A stretch of DNA of 64,000 nucleotides from the human T2T-CHM13v2.0 reference genome, Homo sapiens, in NCBI RefSeq assembly GCF_009914755.1, contig NC_060946.1; one strand, 5' to 3'. This document shows positions 1-22,335 of the stretch, in pieces (positions within the stretch are counted from its first letter, which is position 1; every line of letters begins with the position of its first letter). Both the position numbers and the translations under genes were made by a program. Under the pieces are notes generated by a model. The model did no database searches and was not told the DNA's origin. It was given only the letters and a program-made list of their open reading frames with translations.

Positions 1-301
1 CAATGTCCCAGCTGATGCTGCCAGTGGAGAAACCATGCCTCTTATGCCAGCATCAAAGAAACGCAGAGACGCCAGAGCAGTGGAGAGCTTCCATCCAACA
101 AACTGAATACTCATGAGGCACACAGTTACTGGGAGAAAAGTGGCAGCATTGGACAGACAATGGCAAGAGTTGTCAGGGATGTGCAGAAATGGGAACCCTC
201 AGACACGGCTCATGGGAATGTCAAATAGCGCAGCCACTGTAGAAAACAGTTTAGCAGTTTCAAAATGTTAAATATAGAGCTACTATAGAATGCAGCACTT
301 C

Positions 302-356
302 CAATCCTACAAGGCGGGCAATACTACAAGGCAGGCAATCCTACAACGCAGGCAGG
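302..356 (+). repeat. 3x 17-bp imperfect tandem repeat at the HERV-K/L1 junction
   Basis: caatcctacaaggcggg / caatactacaaggcagg / caatcctacaacgcagg. Confidence 0.85.
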
Positions 357-707
357 CATTACAGACTCTACTGCATTTTTACAATGTGAACTTTCCATTC
401 CTTTCTTGAACTCTGTTCCTGCCTCTTCCTCACAATCTATTACACAGCTTTCAGGGGCATCAAAGACTGAAACGCTATCTTCTTCTATTTGAAATGGTTC
501 CAAAGTTGCTTTAATAATGGCCCAATCATTCCATACTGTAAGTGGGATGATTTTACCTTCCCTACTTGCTTGTTTTAATTCTTTGCCAATTTTTTCCCAG
601 TCTTTTAAATCTAAAGTTCCCTGTTCTGGAAACCATGGGCAGAATTGTTCTATTGTTTGAAATAGCGTAATTATATTTTCTGTAGAAGCTTTAACTCCCC
701 CTCTTCT
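357..707 (-). pseudogene. gag: HERV-K(HML-2) gag matrix (MA) fragment, no LTR
   Basis: ORF 324-788 contains RRGGVKASTENIITLFQTIEQFCPWFPEQGTLDLKDWEKIGKELKQA...IIPLTVWNDWAIIKATLEPFQIEEDSVSVFDAPESC, recognisable as the HML-2 Gag N-terminus; the frame is open across the fragment. Confidence 0.92.
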
Positions 708-871
708 GATGGAGATATATACCCAAGAGAATTGAAAATATATCCACACAACAACTTGTACACAAAGGTTTATAGAAGCATTATTCATAATTACCGAAAG
801 GTGGAGACGGCCGGGCGCAGTGCCTCACACCTGTAATCCCAGCAATTTGGGAGGCCAAGGCAGGCAGATCA

Positions 872-1138
<267 letters not shown>

Positions 1139-1270
1139 TTAATAGACAAATAAAATGCAGTAAATCTATGCAATGGAATTATTCAGCCACAAAATAAAGT
1201 ACTGATACATGCTACAACACACATGAACCTTGAAAATATGCTAAATAAAAGCCAGTCACAAAAGATCTCA

Positions 1271-1441
<171 letters not shown>

Positions 1442-1825
1442 TTAGCCAGGTGTGGTGGTGCACACTTGTAGACCCAACTCCTTGGGAGGCTGAGGCACAA
1501 AGGATCGCTGGAGTCCAGGAGTTTGAGGCTGCAGTGAGCTATGATCATACCACTGCACTTCCAGCCTGGGTGACAGAGCAAGACCCAGTATCTCTCTCTC
1601 AAAAAAAAAAAAAAAAAAAAAAAAAAGTCCAGAATAAGCAAATCCATAGAGATATCAAGTAGGTTAGTAGTTGCCAGAAGCTGAGGGGAGGGAGAGATGG
1701 GGAGCGACTGTTAACAGGTACAGGATTTCTTTCAGGGGTGATACAAATGTTGTGGAATGAGATCGTGGTGATGGTTGTACATCTTTGTGAATATACCAAA
1801 AATCACTGAATCATACACTTTAAAA

Positions 1826-1897
1826 GTATGTGAATAAAGAATTCACACACTTTATGGTATGTGAATAAAGAATTCACATACTTTATGGTATGTGAAT
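1826..1897 (+). repeat. 31-bp tandem repeat (x2.3) with internal inverted repeat
   Basis: Unit gtatgtgaataaagaattcaca(c/t)actttatg; gtatgtgaat pairs with attcacatac across a 5-nt loop. Confidence 0.85.
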
Positions 1898-2586
1898 TTT
1901 ATCTCCATTTTAAAAAGTGTCAGAGCATGCAGAGCTGAGGAAGGCAGAGACTGTGAGGGAGGTGACGGGGCGAAGAGAGCAGTAATGACCATAATAACCA
2001 GGATGGCTAACAGTCAGCAAGTGCTGGCTATACATCAGGCACCAGGCTAAGTAGTTTACACAAATTATCCTACTTAATCCCCACAACAACTCTCTAAAGC
2101 AGGATCTAATAGTACCCTCATTTTATAAATGGGGAAATTGAGACCCTAGAAAGGGTAAGTGACCTATCAATGGTGCACCTGCAAAGTGGCTGAACCAAAG
2201 GTGGTCTATGGCCAAAGCTGCGCCACAGCACAACGCTGCCTTGTGCAAATGACCACACACAGGACAGAATGTAAAAGGCAGAGTCAAGGTTACAAGGTGC
2301 TGGGAGAGGCAGAAGAAGTCTTCATATCCCACTGGGGATCCAGGACATTGGAAAAGGATTTTGAAGGGTAGATAGGACTTGGACAAGCAGAGATAGAGAA
2401 GAGCAAGTTTTAGACAAGTGGCAATAACTTGAGCAAGTAGGTAAAAGTGGGAAGGTTGGGTGTGTTTATACCAGGTACCATGGCTCATGCTTGTAATCTC
2501 AGCATTTTGCGAGGCCGAGGTGGGCAGATCGCTTAAGCCCAAGAGTTTGAGACCAGCCTGGGCAACAAAGCAAGATCCGGTTTCTA

Positions 2587-2880
<294 letters not shown>

Positions 2881-2942
2881 CTAAGCCCTATCAGGACAAT
2901 CCAGCCTCCAGGGTTCCCTGCCTTCATTGCAACTAAGAGTGA

Positions 2943-3346
<404 letters not shown>

Positions 3347-4353
3347 TAAGGTTGGTACTAGCCGGGCTCTTCCTCCTTTCTCCCTGTCTTGAATGCAGAC
3401 GCAACGTCTGAAGGTGCACATATTGTCTTGGGACCCTAAGAATACAAACCGAAATACTAAGGTTGATGAGGCAAGAAGGCAAAGAACAGGGGTACTGGCC
3501 GGGCGTGGTGGCTCACACCTGTAATCCCAGCACTTTGGGAGGCCGAGGCAGATGGATCACCTGAGGTCAAGAGTTTAAGACCAGCCTGGCCAACATGGGG
3601 AAACCCTGTCTCTCCTAAAAAATTCAAAAATTAGCCGGGTGTGGTGGTAGGCGCCTGTAATCCCAGCTACTCGGGAGACTGAGGCAAGGAAAATTGCTTG
3701 AACCGGGAGATGGAGGTTGCAGTGAGCCAAGATCACACTACTGCACTCTAGCCTGGGCGACGCAGCAAGACTCTGTCTCAAAAAAAAAAAAAAAAAAAAA
3801 AAGAACAGGGTACCCAAGGCATCACTGATTTGTGGAACAAACACCATCTTCTAGACTTCCTGTTGTGCAAGAAAAATAAATCTGTATTTGTTTAAGCAAC
3901 TTTTCTGTTAATTGCCAGTCAAAGGCAACCCCTAACTTACACAGAAGTGGTAAATATACTACTTTGGCTGGGGTGCAATAAACTTGCCTCTTATTCTTCC
4001 TCTAATTATTCCATTAGATAAACTCTTAGCAGTGGAATTAAATCTAATCAAATGGTATAGTGGACATTCAGTTTTGTCTTCCTAGACTCCATAACCCATT
4101 CCTGACAATATCCTGAACTTCCAACCTTGTGGTTTAGAAAGTACTGACTTCATCCCAGCTCCAGGGATGGGCCCTCACTGGCTTTAACCAATCACCTCAG
4201 CCTCCCAAGTAGCTGGGACTACAAGCATATACCACCACCCCTGTCTAATTTATTTTAAAAGCTATTTGAAGTGTGTTTTCTGTTACTTGAAATGAGGATG
4301 CCCTAAGTGTTAAGAAAGTTATAAACATTTTTAGGATCAGGTCGGTGTATTGG

Positions 4354-6468
<2,115 letters not shown>

Positions 6469-7342
6469 TGATTTGTGAGAGCTTTTTTTGTTGTTGTTGT
6501 AAATGTTAGAAATTTAACTCTGATTTGAGCAAAAAGGGGGAATGTATTGGCTTATTAAAGGGAAACGTTGAGGACTAGATCTGGCTTTAAGTCATGACTG
6601 GATCCAAGGGCTCAAGGCCATCGGGACAGACATTCCCTTTCTCTCTTCCTCACATTTTATTTTATTTTATTTATTTATTTTTTGAGATGGAGTCTCGCTC
6701 TGTCATCCAGGCTGGAGTGCAGTGGTGCAATCTCAGCTCACTGCAACCTCTGCCTCCCAGGTTCAAGCAGTTCTCTGCCCCAGCCTCCCGAGTAGCTGGG
6801 ATTACAGGCCCTCGCCACCACGCCCAGCTAATTTTTTTTTTTTTTTTTTTTGTATTTTTAGTAGAGACAGGGTTTCACCATCTTGGCCAGGCTGGTCTTG
6901 AACTCCTGACCTGTGATCCACCCACCTCAGCCTCCCAAAATGCTGGGATTACAGGCGTGAGCCACCGCGCCCACCCTCTTCCTCACGATTTATCTCTCCT
7001 CACTGTCTGGCTCAGTTTTCCTCTCTTTTGGCTTCCTTCTCATAGGGGATGTTCTCCCAAGTGGTAGCAAAGATGGTGCCCAGCAGGCATGTAAACTTGC
7101 CTTGTTCCTACTGGCAGCAGCTCCAGGAATTAGCATATCTTCTTTCCTGCTACCCGGTACTCCTTGCCACCTTTCTCCCCAGTGTCTGTTTCAAACCCTG
7201 AATAAGCCTCTGATTGGTCCTGTATGAGTTACATATCTTCCCACTTCCACCCAATCAAGCATGAAAACCAGAGAAGTGGAACACACTTATTGGCTAGGAT
7301 CAGTCACATGGGTATCCCCACTGTGTCCTTGTCTGTGTCTCA

Positions 7343-7558
<216 letters not shown>

Positions 7559-7920
7559 TTAGAGGTTGAAAAAAAAATAAGAAGAAAGAAAGTAACCTGG
7601 TTGCAATTACGTGGTTGTAACAGCAGCCTGGAGACAAACCAATTCATTGCAAAAGGGAAAAACGAGAGAGTTTGGTTCATGGCAGTTCTGCTGTCTCTCT
7701 ATCCTAGTCTCTCCAGAAAAAAAGGCCCAAAAGCTAAATGCCGGCAACATTACCAACCCTGGACAAAGCTCTTACTTGCCAGACAAATGGACTTTGGGCA
7801 CATGCTGCCTGGCACCTCTGCCTTGCATGGTGTCCCCTCGGGTCAGCCCACCCTCCCTGCACTAACCATCTGAGACCAGCTGGCTGGCACAGCAGGCCCA
7901 CCCAAGCCTGGAGAGTGGCT

Positions 7921-7975
7921 GCCCCGCCTCAGCCTGGCCGCCAGCCAATAAGAGCTTTGCCAGAGCTTATACATT
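7921..7975 (+). promoter_or_regulatory. GC box + CCAAT box cluster (putative)
   Basis: gccccgcctc, then agccaataag, then ttatacat within 55 bp of apparently unique sequence; motif evidence only. Confidence 0.25.
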
Positions 7976-8108
7976 TCTGGTGGCCTCCCCAACTCTCTTT
8001 CCTTCCTTCCTTGGGAAATGGAGTAAAGAGCAAGAAACCAGAAATTAAGAAAAATCTTCTGAAGGAAACGGGGAAGGGAATCTTAAATGCCATCCATCTT
8101 TTCGGTAA

Positions 8109-8460
<352 letters not shown>

Positions 8461-8752
8461 TTTTTTAGTAGAGAAAGGGTTTCACCAAATTGGCCAGCCT
8501 GGTCTCGAACTCCTGGCCTCAAGTGTTCCTCCCGCCTTGGCCTCCCAAAGTGCCGAGATTACAGGCATGAGCCACCTCTTTACTGATGCCTCTCAAATCC
8601 TTATCTCCCTTTCTGACCCCCTGGTTCGAATATTTCCATCTGTTCACATGACAATTCTATCATCCCAGACTCAATAAAGTGAAACCATTTTCCATTATCT
8701 TTCTACCACTTACCATCCACACTAACTTACTCTCTAAAATTCCCCATTTCTA

Positions 8753-9046
<294 letters not shown>

Positions 9047-9139
9047 TTAAAAACAAAAAAATCCCCCATTTCCATTCAGGATATTCTGTCCCTTGCTCTT
9101 CATTCCTAAAAAGAACAAACTATTTTTCTCTACACACTC

Positions 9140-10340
<1,201 letters not shown>

Positions 10341-10722
10341 CACATTTATTCCTTCCATCTGATTTCTGGTCTCAGAAATACCTAGGTTTATGCCCCAGGA
10401 TGGCCATAGACTTGCTGTGTGACTTTCAACAAGTCACTTAACCTCTCTGAACTTTTTAAAAAGTCTGTAAAAATGGAAATCTGAATACATTCCTTGTAGG
10501 GTTGTTGTGAGAACTGACGTGTATATAAAGTAGCACAGAATAGGTGCCCCCCAAAAAACCTTCATTCTCCTCTTCCCTCTCTTTCTTGGTAGCATCCTAG
10601 TCTAAGCCCTCCTCATTACATACCTGGATTACTACAGTAAATCCCCAAAGGGTCTCTGGTTTTCTAGTCTCTTTCACCAATCCAGTCCATCTCAAACACC
10701 AAGACTGGAGAAATCTTCTTAA

Positions 10723-10971
<249 letters not shown>

Positions 10972-11080
10972 TAACATCAGGTGATCCTGCCTCAGCCTCC
11001 CAAAGTGCTGGGATTACAGGCCTGAGCAACTGTGCCTGGACTTAAAATATTGTATTCCTTTTGTCACTTTTCTGACCTTT

Positions 11081-11792
11081 TGTAATTGCCCAATGGGTGC
11101 TTCCCGTCTGCTGCACAGACCAAATTAATTTTTTTGAACTGTGGTATTGCAGTAAAGCAAGAGTTTAATTAACACAAGGCTGGTTATACAGGAGAACTGG
11201 GGTTATCACTCAAATCAGTCTCCCTGAAGGATCAGTGGTTCAGATTTTTCAAGGATAGTTTGGCTGGCAGGGACTAGGGAATGGGTGCTGCTGACTGGTT
11301 AGGGATGCAATTGTAGGGGCGTGGAAAATGGTCCTTGTGCACTGAGTCCACCTCTTGGTAGGGCCACAGTCATGGTCATGGGTCACGAGTCTGAAAAACA
11401 TCTCAAAAGGCCAATCTTAGGTTCTACAAGAGTGATGTTATCTATAGGAGCAACTGGGGAAGTCACAAATCTTATGGCCTCTGGCCTCATGACTCCTGAG
11501 CAGTAAGGGATTACAGAAACTACACCTGCATTTTGACAGAATTCAGCTTCCCCTCATAATCCTAATCTTTTGGCTTTTCACTAGTCTTACAAAGGTGGTT
11601 TCAGCTCTCAAATTAAAAGGGACTGTTATCATCCTTGCTTCAAAGTTAAACTATAAACTGAATTCCTCTCATGGTTAGCTTGGCCTATGCCCAGAAATGA
11701 GCAAAGAGAGCCAACCTGTGAGGCTGGAGGCTAGATGGAGTCACCCATGTTAGATTTCTCTCATTGGAATTATCTTTGCATAGGCAGTTTCA
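11081..11792 (-). mobile_element. LTR8A/B-like solo LTR (ERV1)
   Basis: TG...CA termini, 4-bp TSD cttt (11077-11080 / 11793-11796); minus strand begins tgaaactgcctatgcaaagat. Confidence 0.8.
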
Positions 11793-12239
11793 CTTTACCC
11801 ATTGCCATCAGGTTACATTGTCAAAGACCCATTCTAGCCCTAAAATCTGCAATAACATGGACTTTTCTCATTTTTTGAGACAGAGTCTTGCTCTGTCACC
11901 CAGGCTGGAGTGCAGTGGCGCGATCTTGGCTCACTGCAAGCTCTGCATCCCGGGTTCACACCATTCTCCTGCCTCAGCCTCCTAAGTAGCTGGGACTACA
12001 GGCACCCATCACCACGCCCGGCTAATTTTTTGTATTTTTAGTAGAGACGGGGTTTCACCGTGTTAGTCAGGATGGTCTCGAGCTCCTGACCTTGTTATCT
12101 GCCTGCCTCGGCCTCCCAAAGTGCTGGGATTACAGGCGTGAGCCACCACGCCCGGCCAATAATATGGACTCTCATATCCAGGATAACTCCCTTGTGTCTT
12201 TCTTGAAGCCCATGGGAATGAATGCAATGGCCCAACCAA

Positions 12240-12360
12240 GAGAAGAAGAAGAAAGAAGATGAAAGAAGATGAAAGAAGAAGAAGAAGAATAGGAAGAAGA
12301 GGAAGAGGAAGAGGAGGAAGAAGGGTGAGGAGGAGGAGAAAAGAAAGAAGAGGAAGAAAG
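12240..12360 (+). repeat. (GAA/GAG)n purine-rich low-complexity tract
   Basis: Direct reading. Confidence 0.9.
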
Positions 12361-14276
12361 CTAAGGATAGAATCTTAGAAACCTTCACTGTTCAGGGCTG
12401 GCTGGGGAAGAGGAATCAGCAGAGGAGCTTGTGTTGGATCATCCAGAGAGGCAGGAGGGAAGCCAGGGGAGCGGTGGCATCCTGGAAGCTGATGGAAAAC
12501 ATGGTTTCCACGAGCAAGTGACCCAGCGGGTCAAATGCTGCAAAAAGGTCAGGATGAGGCCTGGCAAGGATCTGTGGTGGATGAATAGTGTCCTCCCAAA
12601 AGATACGTCCAAGTCTTGACCCTGACACCTGTGACCGTGACCTTATTTGGAAATTGAGTCTTTGTAGATATAATTAAGTTAAAGGTCTTGCGTTGAGGTC
12701 ATATAGGTCCATCCTAAATCCTATAGCTGATGTCCTTGGATTTTTTTTTTTTTTTTTTTTTTTTTGAGATGGAGTCTTGCTCTGTCGCCCAGGCTGGAGT
12801 ACAGTGGCACAATCTTGGCTCACTGTAACTGCCGCCTCCAGGATTCCAGAGATTCTCCCGCCTCAGCTTTTTTTTTTTTTTTAATATTTATTTATTTGTA
12901 GTTTGGTGGGGGTTTTTGTTTGTTTGTTTGGGTTTTTTGTTTGTTTGTTTGTTTAATAGCTCTGCTGGAACCAATATACATCTTTTCTTAAAGCAACATT
13001 CCTTTAGTTACTGCCATAGCGCTCCTCCTCTTGATAGTCAAGCTTCCTGGAAAAGTTGCTCCTACTGGTTTAGAACCCACCAAAGTCAACCAATGACCTC
13101 TTTATTTCTAAATCCAATGTGCCCTGTATTAGTTTCCTAGGCTGCCATAACAAAATACCACAAACTTGGCAGGTTAGAAACTGTGAAATAATGTATTATC
13201 TCATAGTTCTGGAGGCCAGAAATCCAAAATCAAGTTCTCAGGTAAGTTGGTCCCTTCTGGAGGCTCTGAGGCCCACACAGGCACCACTCCAGTCTCTGCC
13301 TCAGTCTTCACCTGGCTCGCTTTCTATGTCTCTGTGTCTCAAATCTCCTTCTCCTTTAATAAAAATTGAAAGACAGCAGGGCACGGTGGCTCATGCTTGT
13401 AATCCCAGCACTCTGGGAAGCCGAGGCCAATGGATTGCTTGAGCCCAGGAGTTTGAGACCAGCCTGGCCAACATGGTGAAACCCTGTGTCTACTAAAAAT
13501 ACAAAAATTAGCCGGGCCTGGTGGCAGGTGCCTGTGGTCCCAGCTACTCGGGAGGTTTAGGTGGGAGGATCGCCTGAGCCTGGGAGGTCAAGGCTGCAGT
13601 GAGCCATGATCACGCCCCTGCACTCCAGCCTGGGTGACAGAGTGAGACTCCGTCTCAAAAAAAAAAAAAAAACCCAAAAAACAAAAAAACCAACCAGACC
13701 AAAACAAACAAACAAAAACAAGCAAGCAAACAAACAAAAAGCACACTGCTAATGAAAAAAGGGTTCTTATGTTGATAGGCTTGAAAGGATAGGATTCACA
13801 GATTCACAGGATGTCAGGGCTGGTAGGAACCTTAAACACTGCCAAGTCATAAGCACAGGGCCTGGGGAGAATGAGCTAGTGCATGATATTATCGTGCTTT
13901 CCTCTTTTGCACTCCCTTTTGTGTGACCTCCTTCCCCTTCTGCCAGAGGCATCTGTTTGCCTCAGAGACGATTAGGATTGCAAAGAGAAATAGAAAGCCA
14001 ATACGCAGCTGTGGACATCCAAAAAAATATTCCTCTGTGTAAGGCAAAGTAATAGCTTTGAAAGCCAGTCTTTGCCAAGAGAGAAAAGGATTTTCTAAAC
14101 AATTTAGGCACGTGTTAACATATCAAGAGCTAGGCCTGTTGGACTAGATCACTGAGTTTTGCTGTGTGTGCCTGGGGTGGAAGGAATCCAGATGTGATGC
14201 AGTGGCTGTGGCCCCAGGATGGCTGCAAAAGGAAGCAGAGGCAAGGGACACAGGCCGTCCTACTACTGCTTCTTAA

Positions 14277-14654
<378 letters not shown>

Positions 14655-15073
14655 TGAGCCATCGCGCCCAGCCTCCTCTGTTTTATTTGGAGCCCTAGGA
14701 AGTATCCCATAGTGGTCTGGACACTGTGTCCAGCAATCAAGAGGACAGGAAGTAACAATGAGCTGGGAAATGACTGCACAGGTGAGCCTGGGCCCCACAC
14801 TTGGCTCCCCACGGCCACAGGGCATCCTGAAATCCCTCCAGGATCTGACCAGGGGACTTGCAAGAGCTGAAGGGCCTTGAGATTCCCAGAGTGTCAGGGC
14901 AGGAAAAAGAGACCAGTATATGTGCAGACCTCACAACAGGAACTCAGCCATGAGGACTCACCGGGCAGGGAGTGTCAGCAGGGCACTCCAAAAGGCCCAC
15001 ATGGGGGCTGGGCACAGTGGCTCACGCCTGTAATGCCAGCACTTTAGGAGGCTGAGGCAGAAGGATCGCTTGA

Positions 15074-15450
<377 letters not shown>

Positions 15451-15452
15451 TA

Positions 15453-15656
<204 letters not shown>

Positions 15657-15718
15657 TTACAGAGACATGAGTCATCGAGAGGCTATCTAAACCGAGATAA
15701 GCTGCAGTGCAGTGATGA

Positions 15719-16348
<630 letters not shown>

Positions 16349-16897
16349 TAGTAGAGATGGGATTTCATCACATTAGCCAGGCTGGTCTCGAACTCCTGAC
16401 CTCAAGTGATCCTTACACCCCGGCCTCCCAAAGTGTGAGAATTACAGGTATGAGCCACTGCGCCTGGCCTGGGCTGGTTGAGTTTAATACAAAAGTCAAG
16501 GATCCTTCTCCTCGGTTCACTTAGTCCTCCCCACGGCCCTCGGCGTTTGGCATTCTCTCTTTTTTTCTTTTTCTTTTTTTTTTTTTTTTTGAGACAGGGT
16601 CTTGCTCTGTTGCCCAGGCTGGATTGGAGTACAGTTCGTCATCATGGCTTACTACCTCCCCGGCTCAAGTGATCCTCCCACCTCGGCCTCCTGAGTAGCC
16701 AGGACCACAGGCATGTGCCACCATGTCTGGCTAATTTTGTTTATTTTTTTGTAGAGATGTGGTCTTGCCATGTTGCCCAGGCTGTCCTCGAACTCCTGGG
16801 CTCAAGGAGTTCCACCCACCTCAGTCTCCCAAAGTGCTGGGATTATAGGCGTGAGCCACCACCCCTGGCAGTCCTCAGCATTCTTCAAACAAAACTA

Positions 16898-17116
<219 letters not shown>

Positions 17117-18839
17117 CTATCTGGCTCCGCACTATGCTTTCCCTGCTATATCCCACTACCTGATTGAAGGAGAGAGATGGGACTTCTGAGGACAAGGGAA
17201 CCTTCAGGTGAGGCTGGAGGTCAAGTCCCTAAAGACTTCCTTGCTTAGGGGGAGATTTAATGATTGGCCGCCATCATCTCAAGAGAAGAGACGATCCCTC
17301 TCCTGCCTGGTTTGCTTGACCGAACAACCTCACTGTGGAAGGTAGTGGTGAAGGGACACCACCTTGAGATGAGGTGGACCTGGGTTCATATTCCTGCACT
17401 GAGATCTTAGGCAAAACACTTAAGCTTGTGGAGCCTTAGATTTCATTCTTATAAAAATGGGATAACAATTTCCACCTTACTAAGCCGTGAAAAGCATTAC
17501 ATGAAGGGGAATGTAAATTGTGTGCCTACCACAGAGCCCGATACAGAGAACAGGTGAAAAGAACTGAATTTAACTCTACCTACCCATCTGTCATCCCTCC
17601 TGCAGCTCTATTCCGATCGGCATTTTCTTTTTCTTTTTTTTTTTTTTGAGATGGAGTCTTGCTCTTGTCGCGCAGACTGGAGTCAATGGCGCGATCTCGG
17701 CTCACTGCAACCTCTGCCTCCCAGGTTCAAGTGATTCTCCTGCCTCAGCCTCTTAAGTAGCTGGGATTACAGGCACCTGCCAAAGCCCAGCTAATTTCTG
17801 TATTTTTAGTAGAGACAGGGTTTTACCATGCTGGCCAGGCTGGTCTCAAACTCCTGACCTCAGGTGATCCGCCCGCCTCGGCCTCCCAAAGTGCTGGGAT
17901 TACAGGCGTGAGCCACCAAGCCCCACCTCAATCAGCATTTTCAAGGTTAAATGCCCTGGAAGAAGCCAGGCGAAGTAACTTAGAACCTGAGCAGGTTTAA
18001 GAGTCTTGCTCAAGCAAGCTCACTGGGCCCTTGAACTTTGGTGTTTTTTTTTTTTTTTTTTTTTTTTTTGTACAGACATGGCCTTATTATGTTGCTCAGG
18101 CTGGTCTTGAACTCCTGGCCTCAAGCGATCCTCCCACCTCTGCCTCTTGAAATTCTGGAATGACAGGCATGAGCCACCGCACCTGGCCAGAACTTTGGCA
18201 TTCTTAAACAAAAATCTAGAAAAGCTTTTCTTGTAAAGGAAACAGAGCAGTCTCCATGGGGGCTTAGCCTGCCCGGCACCTCTGGGGAGTATCAGAAAAG
18301 GCAGCCCAAGTTGGTATGGCCCATGACATCAGTGTTATAGTCCAGACACTGGGTGCATTCTGTCCACCCACCACGGGACAGGGCTCGGCCAGGTCCGCAC
18401 CTGTCGGGGGTACGTGCTCTCTCAGTGATGGCTGGCCACTGACAGAAACAGTGCACTGACCTCAGTAAAAGAATGCCAAAGTCTGTCTTTCTTTCTCAAG
18501 TAATGTGGAGGAAAAGGAGCTCCTGCCAGGTGCAGAAGAAAGAAGAAAACCCGTTCTTGGCAGCAGGGGGATCAGGTTGCCACAGCAACGAGCTTCTTCC
18601 AAGTCCACTCATTATGTGGCTTTTGAATTAGACTTCCTTCTGTACATCTCACTGCACTGATTCCCTCGTCTTCGGCCGGCTCATTTCCCGAGCTTCTCCT
18701 GGGGAAATCAACACAGAGGGGAGTCTGACCTCTCCTTTCAAGGCTTGGTCCTGCTTGTCCCTGGGATGACACAATATTTACTTGTTGGTTTACACTTGGA
18801 AGAACCTGATCGCCGTGCAGAATGAAGAGCCCCTCCTCC

Positions 18840-19630
<791 letters not shown>

Positions 19631-20799
19631 AAAGTCAAGTTGCAGAATGGAATTATACTTATTGCATTTGTGTGTGTGTGTTTTTTAAAAAGGGCTAAAA
19701 CAAGTTTGTGAGGAGACAAAATAAGCTGTTGTCAGTGCTTACCTTTGCAGTTGAGGGGCATTAAAGGGGGAAAATATGTTACTTTTCATTTTTTTCCCTT
19801 CTAAGGAGCTTTTTTTTTTTTTTTTTTGGATACAGAGTTTCACTCTTTCGCCTAGGCTGGAGTGCAGTGGCAGGATCTCGGCTCACTGTAACCTCTGCTT
19901 CCTGGGTTCAGGCAATTCTTGTGACTCAGCTCTCCAGTAGCTGGGACTACAGGCGCCGGCCACCACACCCGGCTAATTTTTGTATTTTTAGTAGAGACGG
20001 GGGTCTCACAATGTTGGCCAGGCTGGTCTTCAACTCCTGGCCTCAAGTGATCCGCCCGTCTAGGCCTCCCAAAGTATGGAGAGCTTTTTAAAAATATATA
20101 ATTAATTTTGACAAGCCAATAAAGATAAGGAGATGAAATTACTATGCCTGATCTATAGAAAGTCAGCATTAATTCAGCAGATATTTACTGAGTATTAACT
20201 TACTATGTACGAGGCACAGTGCTAAGGACTGCAGATACAAGGGCAAGAGAGGCAGGATGGTTCTCTCCCTCCCAGATCTCACATTTTATGGGAAGACAGT
20301 CATTAAACTGGCGGACAGACAAATGAGCAATATGTACAGCTGGTGGTAAGAGCCCTGAAGGAAAGACACAGGTCTGCGACAGAAAACACTGGTAGGAGCT
20401 GGGCGCGATGGCTCACGCCTGTAATCCCAGCACTTTGGGAGTCCAAGGCAGGCGGATCACCTGAGGTCGGGAGTTCGACACCAGCCTGACCAACATGGAG
20501 AAACCCCATCTCTACTATAAATACAAAATTAGCCAGACATGGTGGCGCATGCCTGTAATCCCAGCTACTCAGGAGGCTGAGGCAGGAGAACCACTTGAAT
20601 CTGCAAGGTGGAGGTTGCGGTGAGCCGAGGTTGCACCATTGTACTCCAGCCTGGGCAACAAAAGCAAAACTCCATCTAAAAAAAAAAAGAAAAGGAAACA
20701 AAATTTCAGGACCCTCTAAATTTATTTTGCCAAGGGAGAAGCCCTGGAGACTGAGTCACATAGCATGTTTGCAATTCTACTTCTTAGACCATAGATTAA

Positions 20800-20949
<150 letters not shown>

Positions 20950-21123
20950 TGAGTAGCTAGGATTACAGGTGTATGCCACTGTGCCTGTCTAATTTTATAT
21001 TTTTGTTAGAGATAGGGTTTCACCAAGTTACCCAGGCTGGCCTTGAACTCCTGGCCTCAAGTGAGCCTCCTGCCTCAGCCTCCAAAAGTGCGGGGATTAC
21101 AGGCATGAGCCACCGTGCCCAAC

Positions 21124-22335
<1,212 letters not shown>

